Shown: positions 8,646 through 18,118 of the stretch, piece after piece
Layout of the letters: the number at the start of each line of letters is the position of its first letter
Position numbering within the stretch: position 1 is the first letter of the stretch
The notes under the pieces: generated by a model
What the model saw: the letters and a program-made list of their open reading frames with translations, nothing else
The model's database searches: none
Told to the model about the DNA's origin: nothing
Translations under genes and position numbers: made by a program
Origin: an uncultured Pseudomonadales bacterium
GTDB lineage: Bacteria > Patescibacteriota > Microgenomatia > UBA1400 > MFAQ01
Reading direction: 5' to 3'
Assembly: GCA_964357975.1 (NCBI GenBank)
Contig: CAYHNG010000006.1
Coordinates: forward strand, 487 to 64,486
Length of the DNA: 64,000 nucleotides

Positions 8646-9412
8646 TTATTGATATTTATTTTACGCTTGGTGGAGTGAGATTGCCGCGTCGGAGTACCTT
8701 CTCGCAATGACGAGGGAGTGGAGGGGGCATCCGACTTGATGGGGGGCTTGCCGTCGACATCCGAGACTATCTTACCCTTTTCCAGGTGAATGTTTCGATC
8801 CGGATTCAGACCGATAAGGGTGACGTCGTGAGTGGCAAGAATCACGGTGGTGCCGTCATCGTTTATCTTCTTGAGGAGGTCGAAAATTTCAATAGAGGTT
8901 TCTTTATCAAGATTCCCTGTAGGTTCATCGGCAAAAAGAATGGCCGGTTCACAAGCAATAGCTCGTGCAATAGCGGCTCGCTGAACCTCACCTCCGGAAA
9001 GTTGACCGGGAAATAAATCTTCTTTACCCGGAATTCCCACCATGTTCATGAGATGGGAGATTTTTTCCGATATTTTTTTACGATTGTAACCACCAATTTC
9101 GAGAGCGATGGAAATGTTCTCACCAACAGTTTTGTCCGGAATAATTTTGTAATCTTGAAAGACAAAACCAACTTTGCGTCTGATGAGGGGAATATTTTTG
9201 GGTTTGATTTGATTGAGGTCTTCACCATCGATAACAATTTTGCCTTTGGTTGGAAGTAGATCGCGAATGAGAAGACGGCCAAGCGTGGTTTTACCTGCTC
9301 CGGACTTGCCGGTGATGATCACAAATTCTCCGGGTGAAACGGAAAAGTTAATATCATTCAAAACGACATCACCATTAGGATAGGACTTGGTGACGTGAGA
9401 AAAATCTATCAA
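8642..9412 (-). CDS. ftsE: cell division ATP-binding protein FtsE
   Basis: GKSGAGKTT, VFQDYK, LSGGE, ADEPTGNLD; TTG start. Confidence 0.92.
   Translation of the reverse strand: MIDFSHVTKSYPNGDVVLNDINFSVSPGEFVIITGKSGAGKTTLGRLLIRDLLPTKGKIVIDGEDLNQIKPKNIPLIRRKVGFVFQDYKIIPDKTVGENISIALEIGGYNRKKISEKISHLMNMVGIPGKEDLFPGQLSGGEVQRAAIARAIACEPAILFADEPTGNLDKETSIEIFDLLKKINDDGTTVILATHDVTLIGLNPDRNIHLEKGKIVSDVDGKPPIKSDAPSTPSSLREGTPTRQSHSTKRKININK
8670..8713. repeat. dispersed palindromic repeat inside the 3' end of ftsE
   Basis: GTGGAGTGAGATTGCCGCG...GAGTAC...CTCGCAATGACGA; near-identical copy at 9452-9497. Confidence 0.8.
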
Positions 9413-9451
9413 TTTTGTATCGTCATCTAATTATTAATTATCGTTGGCTGT

Positions 9452-9497
9452 GTGGAGTGAGATTGCCACGGTTCGAGTACGAAACTCGCAATGACGA
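9452..9497. repeat. dispersed palindromic repeat upstream of ftsE
   Basis: GTGGAGTGAGATTGCCACG...GAGTAC...CTCGCAATGACGA. Confidence 0.8.
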
Positions 9498-9503
9498 AGA
9501 TTG

Positions 9504-10049
9504 TTATTTTGGTAACGGCATGTTCAGGTTTTCGACTTTGACGCGTCCGACATCCATAAGCCAGCCGGCCTTTTGACCTTTGAAGGTTTCTCCCCAAACA
9601 GTAATTTGATCGCCAATTAAAGTATCGAGATCGATAACAGAACTAGTCATGTAAACTGTTTGAGACGACCCACCCGGTCGAACCAGTTTGTGAGTGCCCT
9701 CGCCATTGAGACCACCTTTATCAAGGACACCGGTGGCGGTGGTATTGAAAGCCCTTTCGTCCGGAGAGCCATAGATATCACCAATCTTGACACCAGCCTC
9801 AGGTATTTCGGCCCGGATGTTCTTTAAATCCCCGGAGGTGCCGCCGGCGGACTTACCGCCGAGTGAAGTTTTGAGTAGAGCACCGGTATAGAATCCGGCG
9901 ACAGCAACGATAACAAAAGTGAGAGCAATTATAATATTTTGTTTGGAGGTCATGGTCTGGTTAATTATTTTTGGCTGGTATTCTTGAGGATCGGCTACTC
10001 TGGGGGTAACCGGGTCCATCTTGTCGAGATCGATCGTCTTTAATTCCAT
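9504..10049 (-). CDS. hypothetical membrane-anchored protein, possible OB fold
   Basis: One TM helix and a beta-rich C-terminus. Confidence 0.75.
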   Translation of the reverse strand: MELKTIDLDKMDPVTPRVADPQEYQPKIINQTMTSKQNIIIALTFVIVAVAGFYTGALLKTSLGGKSAGGTSGDLKNIRAEIPEAGVKIGDIYGSPDERAFNTTATGVLDKGGLNGEGTHKLVRPGGSSQTVYMTSSVIDLDTLIGDQITVWGETFKGQKAGWLMDVGRVKVENLNMPLPK

Positions 10050-10104
10050 TACTTATCTTATCAAATTAATTGGGACTTATTAATATAGATCACCAGAGTG
10101 TAAA

Positions 10105-11205
10105 TTATTTCGAACTAAAGTGTTTCAGTTCGGATTCGATAAAACCATCCAGGTTACCATCCAAAACCGAGTCCGGATTGGTTTCTTCGTATTCGGTCCG
10201 TAAATCCTTGACCAACTTGTAAGGATGAAGAACATAAGAACGAATCTGGTGCCCCCAACTGGCAATGGTGGCGCTACCCTTGATCTTGTTCAGCTCATCC
10301 TGACGTTTGGCTTCCTGAATTTCCCACAGCTTGGACCTTAGAATTTGCATCGCGATCTTTCGGTTGGCATCTTGGTAGCGCTGAGTTTGACATTCTACGA
10401 CTATCCCTGAGGGAAGATGTTTGATGCGAACGGCAGTACTGACTTTATTAACGTTTTGTCCACCGGCACCACTGGAACGACTGGCTTCAAACTCGATATC
10501 TTCATCACGGATCTCGACTTCGGCTTCTTCGGGTAACAATGGAGTAATATCAACTCCGGCAAAGGAAGTTTGACGGAGTTTATCGGCATTAAAAGGAGAT
10601 TGTCGCACTAAACGATGCGTCCCCTTTTCGTTTTTTAAATATCCATAGGCAAAGCGGCCATGAACAATGTAGGTCACCGATTTGATACCGGCTTCTTCTC
10701 CGGGAGAATATTCGATAGTTTCGTAAATCCACCCTCGTTTTTCAAAAAAACGAGTATACATACGGCTAAGCATGCTGGCCCAATCCATGGCTTCGGTACC
10801 GCCTTGTCCCGCCTTGATCGAGAAAACTGCCTCCGAAGAATCATATGGTCCTGACAAAAAAGTCACCAGCTCGATCTTTTCGACACTACTCAACAATGTT
10901 TGGTAGAGAATTTTGATTTCTTGATCCAAACTTTCGTCTGCCGAGTCTTTGGACATTTCGAGGAGCTCCTCAAGATTACGGAGGTCCGTGTTTAGTTTTT
11001 CGGCGGTGGAGATGGTCTCTCTGATGTTAGCCATGCCGGACATAACCGACTTGGCATGGTCTTCATCAGACCAAAGCTCCGGTTGACCGGACTCCAAAGT
11101 TAATTTCTCCAACTCCACTTGCAACTCCGGTATGTTGAGTTTATTTACGATGTCGTTGGCGCGTTTCTTTAAGTCTGTCAGGTTAATTTGAGAATCTGAG
11201 ATCAT
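10105..11205 (-). CDS. prfB: peptide chain release factor 2
   Basis: SPF tripeptide (RQSPFNA), GGQ motif, WGHQIRSYVLHPY. Confidence 0.96.
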   Translation of the reverse strand: MISDSQINLTDLKKRANDIVNKLNIPELQVELEKLTLESGQPELWSDEDHAKSVMSGMANIRETISTAEKLNTDLRNLEELLEMSKDSADESLDQEIKILYQTLLSSVEKIELVTFLSGPYDSSEAVFSIKAGQGGTEAMDWASMLSRMYTRFFEKRGWIYETIEYSPGEEAGIKSVTYIVHGRFAYGYLKNEKGTHRLVRQSPFNADKLRQTSFAGVDITPLLPEEAEVEIRDEDIEFEASRSSGAGGQNVNKVSTAVRIKHLPSGIVVECQTQRYQDANRKIAMQILRSKLWEIQEAKRQDELNKIKGSATIASWGHQIRSYVLHPYKLVKDLRTEYEETNPDSVLDGNLDGFIESELKHFSSK

Positions 11206-11232
11206 GAAGATATTCTATCCTATGTACGGTGA

Positions 11233-11616
11233 CTAAATTTTGTAGCGGGCCATAACTCCCAGAAATCTCTGAGAGTGTTGGTTGTGAAAAAGCTGGCTTA
11301 AATCGGCACCACAGGTGAAGATATCTCCTCCACTATGTAAGTTCCGGAAGTCGGTGACATCGTAGCGCACACTATCGACAACAACGATGCACCTGCCGGC
11401 CAAAGGATTCGGGGTGACTACCGAGGTGGGTTTGGGAGTGGTGATGAGGATTTTGGTAGGCATGGGAGAACTTACCGAAGAAGAAGTAGGGATTGGACTA
11501 GGAGTGATAGTAGGAGTGAGAAGTGGAACCGGCTGAGCTTGGCCGGAAAAATAAACCAAAATACCGATCATCAGAAAAAAATTGAGCATGGCGACAATAA
11601 AAATATTTTTGACCAT
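11233..11616 (-). CDS. membrane-anchored cytochrome b5-like heme-binding protein
   Basis: TM helix, Pro/Thr linker, then YDVTDF..HSGG...G.DLS..F...H. Confidence 0.8.
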   Translation of the reverse strand: MVKNIFIVAMLNFFLMIGILVYFSGQAQPVPLLTPTITPSPIPTSSSVSSPMPTKILITTPKPTSVVTPNPLAGRCIVVVDSVRYDVTDFRNLHSGGDIFTCGADLSQLFHNQHSQRFLGVMARYKI

Positions 11617-11618
11617 AG

Positions 11619-12899
11619 TTATTTGAAATTGAAATCTTCAAAAATAATATCTTGATTCCTGACTCCGACGGCCTTCAGTTGTAAGGTTAAAGAATTCATC
11701 ATGGAAATTGGCCCACAAAGCATGATCTTTTTGCCCACAACACCATCACAGAGTTCAATAAGTTTGTGAGCGTCTAGATGGCCACAAACGTCGGATGGAT
11801 ATCGATGGAAAGTGACGCCGGCTTTTTGTGATGAAAGAGTCTTTAATTCCTCATCAAAGACGGCTTCTTTTTCAGACCCTACACAGTAAAAAATGTCTAT
11901 TTGACGTGGTTTTTGATTTTTGATTTCAGCGGCCAACAGTGACAAAAAGGGAGTGACTCCGATACCACCGGCGACCCAGATGAGCGGCTTGTCACCCACT
12001 ACTCCTTCTCCAAACTTACCATAAGGCCCCCAGAGAACTACCCGGCTACCCGACTTGACCGAGTCGAACCGCCAGGTATAGTCTCCCAATATTTTTACGA
12101 CAATTCTTAATGACTCTTCGTCTGGACCACTAGCTAGGGAAAAGGGGTGGGCTTCACCGCTTATAGCTTCAAAACGAGTAAAGACAAATTGACCGGCTGT
12201 AAAATGAAGTTTCTTGTCTGACGGCACCATATCGATGTCGTACAAGTCGTTTATTTTGCGGATATTTTTGACTACATAGGTATATTTTGGGCCAAGATAC
12301 CGATATAAAAATCGACGGTATATGACAGAGTAACCAGCCACCAGCAAAAGAAAAATGAGCCAGAGTCGCAAAGGAAGAAAACGACTGACGTCACTGGTAA
12401 TCGTCAGAACATGTAAAGAAGCAAAGAGTAAAGCAAATCCCATGAATTCGTGAGTTTTTTTCCACAAAGAATAGGGAAGGTTGAGAAGGAGCGTAAAAAT
12501 AAGCATAAGCATCATGGCATAAAGGCTTAAAATGCCCCAGTTGTAAGGCGCAAAGTTAGAAAACCAAAGATAATTTCGACTAAAGTTAAGATCGGGCAAG
12601 ACATCCAAGATTAAAAGGAGTGGATGGTGAAGAAGAAAAACAAAAGCCAGACCACCAAAAAGATGGTGGTTTTTGTAGACTTTGTCCATCCCGCCGAACC
12701 AATCTTCCACGAATCTCCACCGTCCGGATAAAATAAAGGAGATGGCAAGCAACGTAGATCCCAGAAGGGAAACCATCTGACTGACTGTAAGCCAAGAAAG
12801 GTGCAACCCTCCCCCACCGAACTTTTTGGCCAATAGAAAAAGAAGGAGCGTAATAAACGGTTGGGACCAAGCTAAGGGAAGACCAATCTTGGATTTCAT
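11619..12899 (-). CDS. ferric reductase-like transmembrane protein with FAD/NAD(P)H-binding domains
   Basis: TM helices with His pairs; HPFS, GPYG, AGGIGVTP, CGP and EDF motifs. Confidence 0.9.
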   Translation of the reverse strand: MKSKIGLPLAWSQPFITLLLFLLAKKFGGGGLHLSWLTVSQMVSLLGSTLLAISFILSGRWRFVEDWFGGMDKVYKNHHLFGGLAFVFLLHHPLLLILDVLPDLNFSRNYLWFSNFAPYNWGILSLYAMMLMLIFTLLLNLPYSLWKKTHEFMGFALLFASLHVLTITSDVSRFLPLRLWLIFLLLVAGYSVIYRRFLYRYLGPKYTYVVKNIRKINDLYDIDMVPSDKKLHFTAGQFVFTRFEAISGEAHPFSLASGPDEESLRIVVKILGDYTWRFDSVKSGSRVVLWGPYGKFGEGVVGDKPLIWVAGGIGVTPFLSLLAAEIKNQKPRQIDIFYCVGSEKEAVFDEELKTLSSQKAGVTFHRYPSDVCGHLDAHKLIELCDGVVGKKIMLCGPISMMNSLTLQLKAVGVRNQDIIFEDFNFK

Positions 12900-12902
12900 T
12901 TT

Positions 12903-13160
12903 TTATTTATCTAAGAGTTCGTCGGCCTCGTCATCTTCGATTTCTCCTGTACGAACCGGAGCAACTCTCCGAGTAGTGATAACGGGGTTGGGTGAAAGAA
13001 CGTCTGTGGAAGTGGGTATCAAAGTCGAAGTCGGGGTAGGAAGAATCGCCGGCTCGGATAAAACTACCGGTGGCGTTGTCTTTGGAATCAGTTTAAAAAC
13101 CGCCGTCACCGTGATAAGAACCGAAGCAACAATAACCAGCCAAGTAATTATTTTCTCCAC
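12903..13160 (-). CDS. small membrane-anchored Pro/Thr-rich protein
   Basis: GTG start; first gene of the ferric reductase operon. Confidence 0.65.
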   Translation of the reverse strand: MEKIITWLVIVASVLITVTAVFKLIPKTTPPVVLSEPAILPTPTSTLIPTSTDVLSPNPVITTRRVAPVRTGEIEDDEADELLDK

Positions 13161-13193
13161 CTCTTTATTCTACCGTAATGCTAAAATGAATCA

Positions 13194-14222
13194 ATGAAGT
13201 TGCTGAAACGTTTTTGGTGGATTATTCTACTTGGCCTTTTGGCAGGTGGTAGTTTTATGTGGTGGAGAAACTCAAAAGCCAAAGAAATAAAATTAAATAC
13301 ATATCAAGTTAATAGACAAGACTTAATTGAAACATTGTCTCTGTCTGGTGAAATTGATGCTTTTGAAAAAGCTGATTTAAAGTTCCAAACATCAGGGTTA
13401 CTAACCTGGGTGGGAGTCAAGGAAGGCGACTATGTTCGGAAATATCAAGCTCTAGCGTCGCTGGACAAACGGGAGCTGACTAATAGCCTCAACCAATACA
13501 TGAATGCATATTTGAAGGAAAGGTGGGATTTTGAGCAAGGAGTGGACGACAATAAAGATTGGCAAACAAGGGGGATGACGGATGCGGCTAGGGACGCGGT
13601 CAAAAGAACTTTAGATAAAAATCAATATGATTTGAATAATGCGGTCTTGTCTTTTGAAGCTAAGAACTTGGCGGTAAAATTTGCCACTTTAACAGCCCCT
13701 TTTGAGGGAATAATAACTGAAATTGATGTCCCTCAACCGGGTTCAAATATTACTCCGGCAAGTGCTACCTTCAGTATTATCAATCCAAAGACATTGTATT
13801 TTTCCGCTACAGCTGACCAAACAGAAGTTACTTCTTTTAAGGAGGGAATGACCGGTAAGGTAACCCTTGACTCCTTTCCCGATGACACCTTTGACGCAGT
13901 AGTAGACAAAATTGGATTTATTCCTAAAGTTGGCGAGTCCGGTACCGTCTACGAATTGACTATTTCTATCGATATAAGCAAAGTGGTTGAAAAAGTAAAA
14001 ATGGCCATGACTGGGGATGTGGATTTTGTTTTAAAGGAGATAAAAGCCGTGTTGGCCATTCCTGAAGCGTATATTAAAAAACAAGACAACAAATTCTACG
14101 TTACCAAGACTGAAAACGGGATGCAAAAAGAGGTGGAGGTGACTAAAGGAGACACGATCGAAGGGATGGTGGAAATAAAGGAAGGACTAAATGAAAACGA
14201 CATCATCTATCATCAGCCTTAA
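13194..14222 (+). CDS. MacA-like membrane fusion/adaptor protein
   Basis: N-terminal TM, lipoyl half-motifs (VKEGDYV, APFEGII), helical hairpin. Confidence 0.88.
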   Translation: MKLLKRFWWIILLGLLAGGSFMWWRNSKAKEIKLNTYQVNRQDLIETLSLSGEIDAFEKADLKFQTSGLLTWVGVKEGDYVRKYQALASLDKRELTNSLNQYMNAYLKERWDFEQGVDDNKDWQTRGMTDAARDAVKRTLDKNQYDLNNAVLSFEAKNLAVKFATLTAPFEGIITEIDVPQPGSNITPASATFSIINPKTLYFSATADQTEVTSFKEGMTGKVTLDSFPDDTFDAVVDKIGFIPKVGESGTVYELTISIDISKVVEKVKMAMTGDVDFVLKEIKAVLAIPEAYIKKQDNKFYVTKTENGMQKEVEVTKGDTIEGMVEIKEGLNENDIIYHQP

Positions 14223-14889
14223 AGATGTATTCAAGGAATACATACTGGGAGACGAATCGGTATTCACGGCTCTTAGAAAGATAAATCTTGATATTTGTGA
14301 AGGGGAGTTTTCTTCTATTATTGGACCTTCAGGATCCGGAAAATCTACCTTGATGCATATGATTGGGCTACTCGATAAACCGAGTCGAGGGGAAATAATC
14401 GTCAATGGCAGAGATGTGGCTAAGCTGGATGATACTCAAACATCAGTGCTAAGAAATTCTTACGTTGGTTTTGTATTTCAACAGTTCAATTTATTGAACA
14501 AGCTTACCGTCAAAGAAAATATTTTATTGCCGGCTTCTTACAGCCAGAAGAAGTTCGATTATGACCCGGAGGAGAGAGCGGATATGCTGATGGAAAAGTT
14601 TGGGATTCTTTCCAAAAAAGAGTCGTTCCCAAATAAAATTTCCGGTGGACAGCAACAGAGAGTGGCGGTGGCCAGGTCTCTAATTATGAAACCCCAATTG
14701 ATACTGGCCGATGAGCCGACGGGAAACCTGGATCACAAAACAGGAAATGAAATAATCGATCTATTTGAGTCTCTGAATGATTCTGAGGGCATTACTATTG
14801 TGATGGTAACCCATGAAATGGAATTGGCGGAAAGAACGAGAAGACAGATAAAAGTTTTTGATGGAGAAATAATCAGCGATAAACAATGA
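14191..14889 (+). CDS. MacB/LolD-type ABC ATPase
   Basis: [26 protein letters not shown]. Confidence 0.93.
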   Translation: MKTTSSIISLKDVFKEYILGDESVFTALRKINLDICEGEFSSIIGPSGSGKSTLMHMIGLLDKPSRGEIIVNGRDVAKLDDTQTSVLRNSYVGFVFQQFNLLNKLTVKENILLPASYSQKKFDYDPEERADMLMEKFGILSKKESFPNKISGGQQQRVAVARSLIMKPQLILADEPTGNLDHKTGNEIIDLFESLNDSEGITIVMVTHEMELAERTRRQIKVFDGEIISDKQ

Positions 14890-16085
14890 TAGTACTCAGA
14901 GGATTTAATCAACTATTAATATCAGCGTTTGCCGACTTTAAACGCGATAAGGTCAGAACGGGTCTGACCTCACTCGGGATAATGATTGGAGTATTGTCAG
15001 TGGTGCTACTCATAGCACTTGGTCTTGGGCTTAAGAATTACATTCGTGATCAGTTTGAAAGTCTGGGCGCGAACTTGGTAATGATTCTGCCCGGTGCCGG
15101 GTTTTCCGGGGGCGGTAACCCCGCGAGTCTGACCGGGGGAGCAGAATTCGACGAAAAAGATGTATCCAGTATTAAAAAACTGTCTAACATTAAATACGTG
15201 GTTCCGGTATTCATCCAATCATCCACAGTGAGCTCTGCAAACGAAGAGAAGAAGGTTAGCGTCATGGGGGCAAATGAAGACATGTTCTCTTTGCTAAATG
15301 TGAAAGTTCAGGCCGGCGAACTATGGACAAAGTCTGACGTGGATAAAAAAACAAAAGTGGCTGTTTTGGGATACACAGTTGCCGAGAATCTTTTCAAATA
15401 CCCAAGTGAGGCTCTAGGAAAAACAATCCGAATTGAAGGACTTAGGTTAAAAGTTGTTGGAGTAGCCAAAAAAATTGGTAACCAAGAACGTGATGAGGCG
15501 GCTTTTGTTCCCTACACCACCACCTTTGGCTCCATAAACACTAAAAAAACATTCTTTGCTATTTATTTGGGGATCGCTAGTCAAGACCTTGTAAGTGACG
15601 TTAAGACAAACGTAGAGAAAACGCTTTTAAGACGATATGACAAAGATAAGTTTTCGGTCACTGAACAATCGGAGATCCTATCTTCAATTAATCAAATCTT
15701 TGCCATATTGAACTTGTTTTTGATTGCCATTGGATCTATTTCACTTATTGTAGGAGGAGTAGGAATTATGAATATCATGTACGCTACAGTGACGGAGCGA
15801 ACCAGAGAAGTGGGCATCCGGAGAGCTTTGGGGGCTACCAGAAAGGATATTTTGCTCCACTTCCTGACAGAATCTACCATGTTATCTCTTTTTGGTGGAA
15901 TTATTGGGCTCATACTTGCGACCATAATTGTACTGTTGATACGAAACTGGTTCCCGGTAGCGATAAATATCTTTGCTGTAGTTCTAGCCATAGGGGTTTC
16001 GAGCGCAATTGGGATTTTCTTTGGCGTTTTTCCGGCAAAGAAGGCGGCCGACCTCTCCCCGATGGAGGCAATCAGATATGAGTAG
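14886..16085 (+). CDS. MacB-like ABC permease
   Basis: GIMNIM..TVTERTREVGIRRALGA; ends PMEAIRYE. Confidence 0.93.
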   Translation: MIVLRGFNQLLISAFADFKRDKVRTGLTSLGIMIGVLSVVLLIALGLGLKNYIRDQFESLGANLVMILPGAGFSGGGNPASLTGGAEFDEKDVSSIKKLSNIKYVVPVFIQSSTVSSANEEKKVSVMGANEDMFSLLNVKVQAGELWTKSDVDKKTKVAVLGYTVAENLFKYPSEALGKTIRIEGLRLKVVGVAKKIGNQERDEAAFVPYTTTFGSINTKKTFFAIYLGIASQDLVSDVKTNVEKTLLRRYDKDKFSVTEQSEILSSINQIFAILNLFLIAIGSISLIVGGVGIMNIMYATVTERTREVGIRRALGATRKDILLHFLTESTMLSLFGGIIGLILATIIVLLIRNWFPVAINIFAVVLAIGVSSAIGIFFGVFPAKKAADLSPMEAIRYE

Positions 16086-16100
16086 TGATAGAATCTGCTG

Positions 16101-16589
16101 GTGAAAGAAAGCTCGGAAAAAAGATACAACTTTGATAAATCGAGAATAGACCATTTGGAATCTGATATTGGCATAACGTATGAGGTGTTCTTTCCTGACA
16201 AACCAAAAGATAGACTGCCCTACGATAATGGCTTTTGTAGATTTACCCCAGTAGGGTACTTGAGAACTAAAGGGGGGTGGTTTCCGCTTGGTTACAAAGT
16301 AGTGACCACGGAACTAAAGTCACTAGGACTAAGGAAAAATCCGACGATTATGGAGTTTCCGGTAGGAGAATGGATATTTGAGACAAATAAAATCCAGTGT
16401 GGCGACAAAGACTGGGGAGGTATTTGGTCTGCACTAAGAAAGGGAAGTATTAAAACACTAAAACAACACTGCCAAGATACTTGGGACATGGAAACACGTG
16501 GATTCTTGGTGGCGATTTGGAATCCAGTTTTTGCCAACAGCTACCGAATCAAGTCGCAAGGGGTGATGCTTCTTAATGAGATTGCTTAG
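16101..16589 (+). CDS. hypothetical protein
   Basis: 162-aa ORF with GTG start; no family recognised. Confidence 0.65.
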   Translation: MKESSEKRYNFDKSRIDHLESDIGITYEVFFPDKPKDRLPYDNGFCRFTPVGYLRTKGGWFPLGYKVVTTELKSLGLRKNPTIMEFPVGEWIFETNKIQCGDKDWGGIWSALRKGSIKTLKQHCQDTWDMETRGFLVAIWNPVFANSYRIKSQGVMLLNEIA

Positions 16590-17436
16590 TCTGGATCAGC
16601 CCTCTCACTAGAGTGATGTTGACGAGGTTGGGACCTTGTTTTTTGTCACCCGGGACTTCGAGAATAAGCGGGAGAAGGGAAAACTCTTTTTGGTTTACCA
16701 GCGACTTAAGACCTTCGAGACCAATTTGGCCGTCTCCGATATTGGCATGCAGATCGCGGTGGGACCCGAGATCGGAGGCGCAATCGTTGAGATGAAGACA
16801 TACCAACTTGTTTAATATATTAAAGTGTTTCAAATCAGCAATGAGATTCTTGACGACACTCTCTTGCCGCAGATCGACACCACCGGCGAATAAGTGAGCC
16901 GTATCCAAACAAATCTTCAAACGAGGATCCGGGACTTTATCTATTAAATACGAAAGTTCGGCAAGCGAACCAATCTTACCGTTTTGACCGGCGGCATTCT
17001 CCAAGATAAGATCGCACCCTTCCGTTTGCGCCAAGACTCTCTTGAGGACTGCTACCAACTGATCTTTGACCGAGTCAAAGCCTGCTCCCAAATGTGAACC
17101 GATATGAATAATGACCCCAGCCGCATGAATGCGAGCACCGTTTTGGATATCGATCACTAGAGAAGTGATGGATTTTTCGAGTAAATCGTTATTGGGAGAG
17201 GCTAGGTTGACCAGATATAACGCGTGTATGAAGACAGGTCCGAGATTATGTTCTTCAATCCCAGACAAGAAAGTGATAACTTCAGCTTCGGAAAATGGTT
17301 TGCGGAACCAAAGGCGTGGGGAACCGGCAAATATTTGCAGGCAGTTTCCCCCAATTTTCCGGGTGTTCGCAATTGCATTGGGTAGCCCACCGGAAATTGA
17401 AACATGACCTCCGACGTAACGCGTATTAGTTTTCAA
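16573..17436 (-). CDS. nfo: endonuclease IV (start uncertain)
   Basis: GGHVSISGG, QIF, HALYLVNLAS, LENAAGQ, CLDTAHLF, HLND, DLHANIG, ILEVP. Confidence 0.92.
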   Translation of the reverse strand: MKTNTRYVGGHVSISGGLPNAIANTRKIGGNCLQIFAGSPRLWFRKPFSEAEVITFLSGIEEHNLGPVFIHALYLVNLASPNNDLLEKSITSLVIDIQNGARIHAAGVIIHIGSHLGAGFDSVKDQLVAVLKRVLAQTEGCDLILENAAGQNGKIGSLAELSYLIDKVPDPRLKICLDTAHLFAGGVDLRQESVVKNLIADLKHFNILNKLVCLHLNDCASDLGSHRDLHANIGDGQIGLEGLKSLVNQKEFSLLPLILEVPGDKKQGPNLVNITLVRGLIQTKQSH

Positions 17437-18109
17437 TGATGTCGATGTTTTTGATGGAGATATCGGTAGTAGGCTTGTCATCGTCCGAAATAGAAGTGGT
17501 GGCTATTTTATCGAGTACCGCCAGACTAGCCGAGTCGGACGCATCGATACGACCGAAAATGGTATAGAGTTTGGGCAATGGATAATCTTGATGAACAATA
17601 AAGAACTGACTGCCGTTGGTATTCTTACCGGCATTGGCCATAGCCAGAGTGCCTCTTAAATATTCGTCGGTGACGGGTTCGTCAGCAAAAGTGTATCCTG
17701 GCCCTCCCCTACCGGTACCGAGAGGATCGCCTCCTTGAATCATAAAATCCTTGATAACCCGATGGAAAATAACATTTTGATAGAGAGGCTTGCCACTTAT
17801 CACTTTGCCGGTTTTTGGATCGGTCCAATCTTTGGTGCCTTTTGCGAGGCCGATAAAATTAGCAACCGTATTGGGTGCTTTGTCCGGAAATAAATTAATC
17901 TTTATATCTCCGACGGAGGTATGAATGGTGGCGACGATTTTTTGGGACATAGGTGAGGGTGTAGCTGAATTAGTAATTTCTGGCGACGGAGTGATGACGG
18001 AAATGCTTGGTTCGGATAATTTGATACCCGTGGGGGAGGTTTTGGTGGAAGGTAGAAGTTGACATCCGGATAGGAACAGGGCGAATATTAGCGGAAGAAG
18101 TTTTTTCAT
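17426..18109 (-). CDS. cyclophilin-type peptidyl-prolyl isomerase, lipoprotein
   Basis: LSGC lipobox; FHRVIKDFMIQGGDP; NGSQFFI. Confidence 0.93.
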   Translation of the reverse strand: MKKLLPLIFALFLSGCQLLPSTKTSPTGIKLSEPSISVITPSPEITNSATPSPMSQKIVATIHTSVGDIKINLFPDKAPNTVANFIGLAKGTKDWTDPKTGKVISGKPLYQNVIFHRVIKDFMIQGGDPLGTGRGGPGYTFADEPVTDEYLRGTLAMANAGKNTNGSQFFIVHQDYPLPKLYTIFGRIDASDSASLAVLDKIATTSISDDDKPTTDISIKNIDIIEN

Positions 18110-18118
18110 TGAAAATTA

